A stretch of 64,000 nt of DNA. Origin: a bacterium (GTDB taxonomy: Bacteria; UBA8248; JACPRG01; G963555815). Positions 19,350-27,325 of the stretch are shown piece after piece. Position 1 is the first letter of the stretch; each line of letters opens with the position of its first letter. The stretch lies in NCBI GenBank assembly GCA_965261595.1, contig CBDHDG010000005.1:256001-320000 (forward strand), read 5' to 3'. The notes below the pieces were generated by a model, which was not told the DNA's origin, did not search any database, and saw only the letters and a program-made list of their open reading frames with translations. The position numbers were made by a program, and so were the translations under genes.

Positions 19350-20360
19350 ATGAAATTCGTTCGGGATTTGGAGCCGGAAGACCAAATCATGGGATATTTC
19401 CGCGTGTCTTCGAAGCAGGTGCGGGAGACCCGAAACGGGAAGTCCTATCTGGACCTTCGCCTCGCCGACAAGACCGGTGAGATCCCCGCCAAGATGTGGG
19501 AAGACCCGGAGGGGCGGTGGGACGACTTTGTGCGCGGCGATATCGTCAAGGTGCAGGGGCGCGTCGAGGAGTACGACAACAAGCCCCAGATGGTCGTTCT
19601 GCGGATTCGGACCGTGACGCCCGAAGACGAGGGGTCCGAATTCGATCCGTCCAGGTTCGTCGAGTCCACCGAATACGACATCGACGCCATGTGGGAGGAG
19701 ATGCTTGCCCTGGCGGGAAGCATCGAGCCTCCGCTGGATTCCCTGGTTCTGGCCGTTCTGGAGGACCACCGGGAGGCGTTCCGCCTGGGTCCGGCGGCCG
19801 CTCACCTCCACCATCCCTACCTGGGGGGGCTCCTCGAGCACACCCTCAGCGTCGTCCGGACGTGCGAATACTTCGCGGGCAAATACCCCGTCCGGCGCGA
19901 CATCCTCCTGGCCGGCGCCATCCTGCACGACATCGGAAAGGTGGAAGAGATCCGCCCCTACCCCGATCAGGAGTACACGACGCCGGGCAAGCTCATCGGC
20001 CACATCGTCCAGGGCTGGGGGATCGTCCGGGGCAAGGCGCACGAGCTGGGGACGGTGGACGAGGAGACGTTGACGCTGGTGGGGCACCTCATCCTCAGCC
20101 ATCAGGGCCGGCCCGAGTGGAGCTCCCCCCGCGTTCCCCAGACGCTTGAGGCCCTGGTCCTTCATTACGCCGATGACATGGACGCCAAGGTCCAGATCTT
20201 CTGCCGCTCGGTGGACCGGGACAAGCAGGAGGGGGAGTTCACGGCCTGGAGCCGGTCCATGGCCCGGGATTTCTATAAGCCGACGTACGAGGCCCTTCGC
20301 GAAGAGGTCCGCGAGGCTTCCCCCACCCCGCCCGAGCCGGCGGAGCCCGATCCGTCCTGA
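19350..20360 (+). CDS. yhaM: OB-fold + HD-domain 3'-5' exoribonuclease YhaM/Cbf1 family
   Basis: DLRLADKTGEIPAKMW OB fold; HHPYLGGLLEH, LHDIGK, SHQG, HYADDMDAK. Confidence 0.88.
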   Translation: MKFVRDLEPEDQIMGYFRVSSKQVRETRNGKSYLDLRLADKTGEIPAKMWEDPEGRWDDFVRGDIVKVQGRVEEYDNKPQMVVLRIRTVTPEDEGSEFDPSRFVESTEYDIDAMWEEMLALAGSIEPPLDSLVLAVLEDHREAFRLGPAAAHLHHPYLGGLLEHTLSVVRTCEYFAGKYPVRRDILLAGAILHDIGKVEEIRPYPDQEYTTPGKLIGHIVQGWGIVRGKAHELGTVDEETLTLVGHLILSHQGRPEWSSPRVPQTLEALVLHYADDMDAKVQIFCRSVDRDKQEGEFTAWSRSMARDFYKPTYEALREEVREASPTPPEPAEPDPS

Positions 20361-20460
20361 TCCCCTTCGGTCGAACGGGGGGGGCCGGCGGCGGCGAATT
20401 CCCCTTGCTCACCCTTGATTCCGCCTTTTTTTATCCAACCCGGTGGGCGGTCTTCCGGCG

Positions 20461-20720
20461 TGGGGGGAAATCCCCCCAGTGTGGGGTGTTTCCCCCCCAC
20501 GCACCTTCGATCCCTGTATTTAAAGGCGTTTTTGAGAATATCCCGCCTCCGGTCCGCCTTATCCCGGGGGGAAATCCCCCCACCCCCGGGTTCCATTTTC
20601 GCCGGGTCGGCGGGACTTCCACGCAAAAACGCGACCTTTTAATGGCTATCGAATCAGTGAGTTACCTGACTTTAAAGCTCCGAGATCCGTGGGATTCCGA
20701 CTTTGGCACACCTCTTGAGA
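20461..20720 (+). promoter_or_regulatory. Sigma54-like promoter with IHF site and upstream palindromic activator sites (copy 1)
   Basis: TGGCAC-N5-TTGA at 20704-20718 (non-canonical -12); AATCAGTGAGTTA at 20652-20664 fits WATCARNNNNTTR; three G-run/C-run palindromes at 20461-20582. Confidence 0.6.
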
Positions 20721-20807
20721 TATATAAGCGCGACTCCTCGGCATGGGGGGTCGAGGAAAACAACGGAACACCGACACTCAGTTACACGAAGTCGAGGAGA
20801 TAAGAAA

Positions 20808-21455
20808 ATGACTAGCGGAATCGGAGTCGCACCTATCGTAACGGGCGCCACGAAGATCAACCCCTCAAAGATGAGGGCCATGATCAAGAACCTCGAAGAG
20901 AAGAGGATGGAAGAGAAGGGGAAGAAGGCAAAAGGCGCGCCGCCCACCGATATGGTGAGCCTGAGCATGGAAGGAAAGGAAGCCGGGAAAAAGGGCAAAG
21001 CGAAAGCCGAGGCTACTCCTCATGAGAAGGGGCCCAAGGGTGTGAAAGGCCACCATGAGAAGGGGCCCAAGGGTGTAAAAGGCCACCATGAGAAGGGGCC
21101 CAAGGGTGTGAATGGCCACCGGAAGCGGATCACCGACGCCTATGAATTGATCAAGAAGCACGCGGCGGAAAATAAAAGCGAAGCTCCCAAGGCCGACTTG
21201 GCCTCGAACGTCTCCGCGAACATCAGTTTGAACGGGACGGCCACAGGGAAGGTCGAGGAGAAGACCCCGGCCGCGACAGAGACCTACACCCCCAAGGCCG
21301 CTCTTCCTGAGAACGACATCCTCAAAAGTTTGAACAACTTTGATAACTCTCTGAACCAGCTACTGAGCGGAAACAACGGCCTGGGCGCCGGCTCTCTGTT
21401 CAACAATCTGGATAACCTCGCGTCCAGTCTCGGCGCGCTGGGCAACATTTTCTAG
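20808..21455 (+). CDS. Hypothetical low-complexity protein A (FlgM-like D-x-V-x-L-S motif, His/Lys repeat)
   Basis: GAGGAG RBS then ATG 20808; TDMVSLSMEG; shares N-terminus and ADL..NVSAN motif with neighbouring paralogs. Confidence 0.7.
   Translation: MTSGIGVAPIVTGATKINPSKMRAMIKNLEEKRMEEKGKKAKGAPPTDMVSLSMEGKEAGKKGKAKAEATPHEKGPKGVKGHHEKGPKGVKGHHEKGPKGVNGHRKRITDAYELIKKHAAENKSEAPKADLASNVSANISLNGTATGKVEEKTPAATETYTPKAALPENDILKSLNNFDNSLNQLLSGNNGLGAGSLFNNLDNLASSLGALGNIF
21021..21119 (+). repeat. 3 x 33-bp coding tandem repeat (HEKGPKGVKGH)
   Basis: CATGAGAAGGGGCCCAAGGGTGTGAAAGGCCAC repeated three times with single substitutions. Confidence 0.95.
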
Positions 21456-21499
21456 AACCTCACGAATTCGGAAACCCCTCGGATAGAGGAGAAAAGACA

Positions 21500-22753
21500 A
21501 TGGAAATCGAACCCATCGAATCGAGCACCACGACCACGGAAATCTCGACGGTGGAGACCACGACCACGACCACGACCCTCGAAGAGACGGCGATAGTAGA
21601 GGAGACAGCCGAGGCCACCGATACGGTGACCCTGAGCGCGGAGGCATTGGAAGCCGCGGAAGCGAATGAGCCACTCTCGATCGAGGCGCTGGGCGAGAAG
21701 CTCTTAGCCGCCACGGGTCAGTTGCAGGCCCTCACCCAGGAATTGCAGGACCTGGGGGCGGACGAGACGGCCGTCGGAAACACGCTCAGCGAGGAAACTC
21801 AGGCGTTGAACGAAAAGGTGACGAAAACGAATGAGCAGGCAGTAACGGATTACCTATCGGGCAATATCAACGATGAGGAATACGTAACCATCCGTCTCCA
21901 ATCCGCCATCGAGCAGGTGGAGGGTATCAACTCCGTCCTGGGGAAAATTCGGGACGACCTGAAAGCGAGCGCTGAGGCGAGCGCCCCGGTCGAGATCGAA
22001 GCCCCCGAGGCCGACCTGACTGAGAATGTCTCCGCGAACATCAACGGAAACGGCGTGGCCAATGGGAAGGTCGAGGAGAAGGCCGAGGAGACGGGCGGGT
22101 ACTATTCCGCGAAGGCCGCGGCCCTTGCCAGGGCGGCCGAGGAAAAGGACAACGAGAAGTCTTTCGAGAAGGTGGAATCCAACGGCGTCGGTCCCGGGAA
22201 AGTGGGCCTCGGCATCCTCAAGAAGTTTGAGGACATCGAGGACTCTCTGGCCAAGCTGGTCGGCAAGAGAGGCCAGGGCAGCTTCGGCAACGGCGGCCAG
22301 GGCAACGGCTCATTGTTCGGTGCCCTGAATAAGTTCTCGGGCAACCTCGAACGCCTGGAAACCATTCTGGAAAAGGCCATGGAGGACAAGAAAAACGCTG
22401 AGAGCAGAGGTTTGAAGCTTAGTTTCACCGCCGAGGAGCTGCTCGAAAGAGCCCTGGGCGACGACCAGCGCAAAAAAGAGCTGGGCACCGTTATCCAACG
22501 AACCGGTTTCGGATATGGCGTGGCCGGGTTTGGCGGCGCCGCACCAGCGGGCGGGCCGGTGATCCATTCGCGGAACGAATCAGACGGTGAGCGTTCCGGG
22601 ATCCTGGCCGGCTCGGCCAGCGGCATCGGGATGGGCCAATTCACCGGGCGGGCGAATAAGGATGCGAACACCCCTTCGCTGATGAGCGCGTTCGGCGGGG
22701 TCCGCAACATCAGCGGCGCGGTGTCGCGCTCCAAGCTCAGCGTGGTGGCATAA
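21500..22753 (+). CDS. Hypothetical protein B (Thr/Glu-rich N-terminus, D-x-V-x-L-S motif, Gly-rich C-terminus ...SKLSVVA)
   Basis: GAGGAG RBS; 417-aa ORF; clear paralogy with 23785-25101. Confidence 0.75.
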   Translation: MEIEPIESSTTTTEISTVETTTTTTTLEETAIVEETAEATDTVTLSAEALEAAEANEPLSIEALGEKLLAATGQLQALTQELQDLGADETAVGNTLSEETQALNEKVTKTNEQAVTDYLSGNINDEEYVTIRLQSAIEQVEGINSVLGKIRDDLKASAEASAPVEIEAPEADLTENVSANINGNGVANGKVEEKAEETGGYYSAKAAALARAAEEKDNEKSFEKVESNGVGPGKVGLGILKKFEDIEDSLAKLVGKRGQGSFGNGGQGNGSLFGALNKFSGNLERLETILEKAMEDKKNAESRGLKLSFTAEELLERALGDDQRKKELGTVIQRTGFGYGVAGFGGAAPAGGPVIHSRNESDGERSGILAGSASGIGMGQFTGRANKDANTPSLMSAFGGVRNISGAVSRSKLSVVA

Positions 22754-22788
22754 CCCGGTTCACGAAAGGCTGACGGAGACAGCGCACC

Positions 22789-22926
22789 ATGGCGACAGTA
22801 TCCGACATCCTGGCCGCAACCTTCCAGCACCGGATGCGGCTCCAGGACCTGAAGGCCAAAGAGGCGGAAGGGGCCGCCGGGTGGTTCGAGAAGAATCGAA
22901 CCGCTCGGGCGGCCCGCCCGCTTTAA
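22789..22926 (+). pseudogene. Truncated remnant paralog of 25137-26099
   Basis: MATVSDILAATFQHRMRLQDLKAKEAEG vs MATVSDILAVNFQHRVRLQDLKVKEAEG; internal deletion shifts frame to TAA at 22924-22926. Confidence 0.8.
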
Positions 22927-22994
22927 AAAACCGGCCGCGGCGAGTATCCGCACCTTCAACGCCTCAAACCCTCCGATATCCATCCCTTCGCCAA

Positions 22995-23285
22995 CCGGCA
23001 TTTCTCACAAAGATAATCAGCCGGCCTTTTTTCACGCGGTCAACTCATCGTGGTTCAACCCGTTTCCGGAAACAAGGATTTTGAATGGGTGCGGACAGGG
23101 TGTTCCCCCGAGGGTTTGTCGGGGGCGGGTGCGGCGCCCCGCCCTTACCTTGGTGTGATCGTGAGGGCTTTGGCGTGTAGGGGCCGGGCGCGAGGCGGTT
23201 GACTCCCGCACCGGCCCCCTGTTGCCGGCGCATGAGCCGTGAGCGGGTGACACGGCCCCCACAGAATATTTGTGAGAAATTCAGC
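22995..23285. mobile_element. MITE-like element (same TIR family as 18976-19246) with internal REP variants
   Basis: CGGCATTTCTCACAAA / TTTGTGAGAAATTCAG ends (14/16 complementary); REP-like sequences at 23121-23148 and 23176-23220. Confidence 0.6.
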
Positions 23286-23439
23286 CTAAAGCTTAGGGTT
23301 TGCGACCCTTTCCGCGCTCCACCGCCTTCGCGGCTGGGTGAACCCGCTTTTGGACATCGGCTCCCCGCCGCCCCTTGAATCCCGCTTGATACCGCAGATT
23401 CCGCCTTTTTTCAGCCAACCCTCCGGGGGCCTTCGGGCA

Positions 23440-23697
23440 TGGGGGGAACCCCCCCCAGTGGGGGGTGTTTACCCCCACCCAAATCAACCCATTTAAAATC
23501 AAAGGGTTATTGAGAATATCCTGCTTTCGGCCCGATTTATATGGGGGGGATTCCCCCCACCCCCGAAGTCCATTTTGGGCGGGCCGGGGGGGCTTCCGCG
23601 CAAAAGCGAAATCTTTTAATCGTTGTTGAATCAGTATGTTACAGTTGTTTCAAGCCTCTCGATCCGGCCAATTCCGACTTTGGCACACCTCTTGAGA
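23440..23697 (+). promoter_or_regulatory. Sigma54-like promoter with IHF site(s) and upstream palindromes (copy 2)
   Basis: Identical TTCCGACTTTGGCACACCTCTTGAGATATATAA core (TGGCAC at 23681); AATCAGTATGTTA at 23629-23641; palindromes at 23440-23559. Confidence 0.6.
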
Positions 23698-23784
23698 TAT
23701 ATAACCGCGACTCCTCGACGTGGGGGGTCGAGGAAAACAACGGAAACCGACACTCAGTCAACCCAAAGTCGAGGAGAAAAGAAA

Positions 23785-25101
23785 GTGGCTAACGGAATCG
23801 GAGTCGCCCCCGTCGCATCGGACAGCACGGACAGAAACCTCTCGGTCATGCAGGCATCGAAACAGAACCTCGAAGAGAAGATGGTAGGAGAGAATCAGAA
23901 CAATGGAAACGGCTCGCAGGCCGCCGACAAGGTGGTTCTGAGCCCTGAAGCCAAAGCGGCATCGGCTTCCTCGCAGGCTGGGACGACTCCTGAAGTCACG
24001 CCCGCGGCCGATTCGGCCCCGGCGGCTGCTCCCCGGGACATGTAGGCGATCAAAAAAGACATAGACACCGTCGTTCATGAGCTGAAGAGCCTCAATGTCT
24101 CCGAAAAGGACGTGTCGAAGGCCCTGACAGAAGCCGCCGTCGACCTCAAGAAGAAAACGGCGAAATCCATCCAGAAGGCCGTCAGTGACCACAAGACGGG
24201 GATCACCAACGAGACGAAATTCGCCAAGGCGCTGGACAAGATCGCCGCCGATCAGGCGGAGGGCGTCCTCGACGCGCTCAAGGGCCTCCGGGACCAGGCC
24301 GCCAAGCCCGCCGATAACGCGGCGACGCCGACTGCCAAGCCCGAAGTCGAGACCCCCAAGGCCGACCTGGCTGAGAACGTCTCCGCGAACGTGAGCAAGG
24401 ACGGCTCGGCCAATGGGAAGGTCGATGAGAAGACCCCGGCCCAGCCGGCCGCCAAGGTCGCCGAGAAAATCGAGAAGGCCGAGGACAACGATGGTGGGCG
24501 GTTCGTCGGAACAGCCTCCGCCCCGGGACTTTCGGGCTCCAACGGGTCCAACGGGTTCAGCAGGCTCAGCGGGATCAGCGCCTTCGCCGACAAGCAGTTG
24601 GAGAAGATAACGGAGCGGCTGAGTTTTCTCCAGAATGCCGTTTCAGCGCTGAAGCTGGGCGTGAATTCCAAAGACTCCGGGGGCTCCGCGTTCGACGCCC
24701 TGAGAATGTTTACGAGTCAATTGGACCGGGCCGATCGCTCTGTCGCCCGGGCGGACCTTTCAGGTGCCACGTTGAAGATGGAAGACCTGGAAGGCGCCCT
24801 GGGTTCTCTGGTGAAGAAGGCCCGGGAAGATAAAGCCGTAACGCGCAGCAGCGGCACGTTCCTGCAAGGCGGATTCGGAGTCGGGTTCGGCAGCGGAGGC
24901 AGCGGCTCCGGCGGCCCGGCGGTCCATACGCGGGAAGATTCGGACAACGAGCGTTCCGGGTTCATGGTCGGCTCGGCCGGCGGCATCGGCATGGGCCAAT
25001 TCACCGGGCGGGCGAAGCAGGATTCGCTCCTGACCTCGTTCGGCGGCATCCACAGCATCGGCGGCGCGGTGTCGGGCTCCAAGCTCAGCGTGGTGGCGTA
25101 A
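23785..25101 (+). CDS. Hypothetical protein C (A-like N-terminus + B-like body) interrupted by in-frame TAG at 24043-24045
   Basis: GAGGAG RBS, GTG 23785; ADKVVLSPEA motif. Frame continues past the TAG into the 24112 ORF with homology to protein B. Confidence 0.7.
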
Positions 25102-25136
25102 CCCGGTTCACGAAAGGCTGATGGAGACGTAGGACC

Positions 25137-26099
25137 ATGGCAACGGTATCGGACATCCTGGCCGTGAACTTTCAGCACCGGGTGCGGCTCCAGGACCTGA
25201 AGGTCAAAGAGGCGGAAGGCGCCGGCTCGGCGAAGAAGGCCGAGTCGGCGGGCCGCCGGGCGGTTCGAGAAGACTCGATCCGCTCGGGCGGCCAGCCCGC
25301 TTCCAAGGCCTTCGTCGTCTCCCTCAGCGACGCGGCCCGCGACATTGCCGGAAAGACAACCAAGCGCCCGGCGGATTCCAAGGACGACGCCCCCCGAAAA
25401 GCGGGGACGGCCGCCGGGGGACCGAAGAGGGCCACCCGGACCGGGGGTCCGCAAGGCGCGGCCCCGGGGCATGAAGCCCGGGAGCTTCACGCCCTGTCCG
25501 CCGGCCTGGAGGAGCTGGGCGGCGGAATCGACGCCGTCCGGGCCATCATTCGGCGCGCGGCGAAGAAGGCGGAAACGCCCGAGAGACAACACCTTGAGCT
25601 GGATGTCGAGGCATTGCGGGCCGGCGAGACGGACGGCCGGACCGTCCTGGACCGCCACTATGCGGCGTCCTTCAGACAGAGCAAGACCTTCATATCGAGC
25701 CTGCGGGTGATTCGCTCGCGCCTGAAGGAGCGCTCGGCCGACGTGACGGGGACGGCCCCGGCCGGCGGGACGCCCGAAAGCCGGACACCGGACGCCCGGC
25801 GCGCGGCGGCGGCGAAAGCGTACGCTGAGGCCCCGCGAACCGGTGCCTCAGAGGTGGTGGCGAGATCCGTTCAGAGCCTCGACGGGTATCAGCGGGCTTT
25901 CGGCCGGGTCATCCATTCCGACGGGGACGTCTTCGAGGACCTGAGCCGGCTCGGCGGGAAGCTCGAAGACCTGGCGGAAACGCGCTCGGACTATCTGTCG
26001 GCGAAACGGACGGAGCGGGCCGAGGCCGCGCGCGCCAAACCCTCAGCCGTCCAATCGCCCCTCGCCGCGGGTCTCATCAGAGAGTTCGCCGCCGGGTAG
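25137..26099 (+). CDS. Hypothetical protein D (Ala/Arg-rich, FVVSLSDAA motif)
   Basis: 320-aa ORF; its N-terminus is duplicated at 22789. Confidence 0.65.
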   Translation: MATVSDILAVNFQHRVRLQDLKVKEAEGAGSAKKAESAGRRAVREDSIRSGGQPASKAFVVSLSDAARDIAGKTTKRPADSKDDAPRKAGTAAGGPKRATRTGGPQGAAPGHEARELHALSAGLEELGGGIDAVRAIIRRAAKKAETPERQHLELDVEALRAGETDGRTVLDRHYAASFRQSKTFISSLRVIRSRLKERSADVTGTAPAGGTPESRTPDARRAAAAKAYAEAPRTGASEVVARSVQSLDGYQRAFGRVIHSDGDVFEDLSRLGGKLEDLAETRSDYLSAKRTERAEAARAKPSAVQSPLAAGLIREFAAG

Positions 26100-26274
26100 G
26101 GCCGGACTCGCCCACCAGACAGGATTTCTCAGCAAGATGATGGTTTCCCGCATCGCCCTGCTCCCGCGGTCTTTTTCTTCGATGGTGAGAATTTCGCTGA
26201 ACAAAAAAACCTCCCCTTCCGGTCGAAAGGCCCGGAAGAGGAGGTTTCGCGCGAAGAAAGAGATTTTCGCCGAT

Positions 26275-26499
26275 TCAGGATTCGGCCATGAGCACCTTTT
26301 CGGCTTCCGCCTCGAGAAGGGTCCAATCTCCCGAGCTGATCTCCAGCTTGGTGCTGCGCGCCCGGTTGGCGATGATCACCGGGTCCAGAATCTCGCCGCA
26401 ACATAAACAGTGCCAACCGTAAAACGTGCCGGCCAAGTCCGTCCCGAAGCCGTAATGCTTGAAGTAGGTCATGAAACCCGTGCATTTCGGACATTTCAT
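26275..26499 (-). CDS. Small CxxC...CxxC zinc-ribbon protein
   Basis: MKCPKCTGFM...GWHCLCCGEILDPVIIANR; GGAGG RBS upstream. Confidence 0.7.
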   Translation of the reverse strand: MKCPKCTGFMTYFKHYGFGTDLAGTFYGWHCLCCGEILDPVIIANRARSTKLEISSGDWTLLEAEAEKVLMAES

Positions 26500-26524
26500 C
26501 AATGGTGTCCTCCCTTCCGGGCCA

Positions 26525-26720
26525 TGAGCCGAAGCCGGCTCAGGCGGCGGGAAAAAGGTTTGCACACTCCTTGAAGCGGGACGGCGGCGCGGATTCAGGT
26601 CACGTCTATGACCCCATCCGATTCGGGTGTCGTAATCGGAACGCCTGATGAGTGTCTCATCCTCCTATCCCACTTCAAGGGTTCTGGCGATGGCCGCCAC
26701 CCCGATTCACCGGTCGGTTG
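26525..26720 (-). ncRNA. Candidate multi-stem structured RNA (unassigned)
   Basis: 13-bp closing stem (26569-26581/26668-26680) enclosing three hairpins; mismatches become G-U pairs only on the minus strand. Confidence 0.45.
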
Positions 26721-26733
26721 TTGAAGCCGGATC

Positions 26734-27186
26734 TTATCCGGAAAATTCCCCGACGACGCGCTCCTCGGAGGCCTGGCTGACCAGTTGGGCCAGCTCGCTC
26801 ACCGTCCGTCCGGACAGGGCGTTGTCGATGGCCTCCTGGATGTCTCGCCAGATGGGGATCTGGTAACAGCAATCGGCCCTTCCACAGGCACCCTCGAAAG
26901 GGATGCACTCGTGGACCACGATGGGGCCGTCCACCGCTTCAATCACCTCTTTCAAGGTGATCTCATCGGGATCGCTCCCCAGACAGTAACCGCCCTCGGG
27001 GCCGTAAGAAACCTTGACGAAACCGCGGTGGACCAATGGGCGAAGGAGCGTTTCGAGAAAATTTCCCGGTACGCGCTCTCTCTCCGCGATCTCCGCCAGG
27101 GGGGCGACCTTGCCGCCCGGGAGCGTCGCCAGGTATCCGATCGCCCTCAGGGCGAAATCCGCCTTTCGGCTGATCTGCATCTGCAT
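26734..27186 (-). CDS. Rrf2 family transcriptional regulator (IscR/NsrR-like, Cys-rich)
   Basis: ISRKADFALRA, GPEGGYCL, ITLKEVIEAVDG, ECIPFEGACGRADCC. Confidence 0.92.
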   Translation of the reverse strand: MQMQISRKADFALRAIGYLATLPGGKVAPLAEIAERERVPGNFLETLLRPLVHRGFVKVSYGPEGGYCLGSDPDEITLKEVIEAVDGPIVVHECIPFEGACGRADCCYQIPIWRDIQEAIDNALSGRTVSELAQLVSQASEERVVGEFSG

Positions 27187-27238
27187 GAGCGGTTCCTTAT
27201 ATCAGTCATGTCTAAAGGAGACTAAATTTTTCGCATTT

Positions 27239-27267
27239 AAAGTAAGTCGTCTTTTTCACCCTGTCAA
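27239..27267 (-). promoter_or_regulatory. Sigma70-type promoter of the Rrf2 gene
   Basis: TTGACA-N17-TACTTT on the minus strand. Confidence 0.6.
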
Positions 27268-27325
27268 GCCGAATTGAAAAATTTTCGGGGAATGAAAAAC
27301 CGGCCGGGGCGGAGCCGGATCGCGT

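Noticed and set aside
21021..21119. 33-bp direct repeats as a CRISPR array
   Set aside because: Units are contiguous with no spacers, lie in frame inside an ORF, and no cas genes are in the window.
24043..24045. Pyrrolysine codon
   Set aside because: No pyl genes in the window and the protein is not a methylamine methyltransferase; kept only as an unexplained in-frame stop.
20808..25101. Flagellins or bona fide FlgM
   Set aside because: No flagellin N/C-terminal conserved helices; the proteins are much longer than FlgM and lack its C-terminal sigma28-binding signature.
26595..26660. 21-aa leader peptide MRHSSGVPITTPESDGVIDVT on the minus strand
   Set aside because: AGGAGG abuts the ATG with no spacer and the peptide has no telling composition.
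26644..26662. CTGATGAG as a hammerhead ribozyme core
   Set aside because: The required GAAA after stem II is absent, and G-U evidence favours the opposite strand.
26569..26680. tRNA, tRNA-Sec or 6S RNA
   Set aside because: No TTCGA T-loop or CCA end; branched rather than the rod-with-central-bubble shape of 6S.
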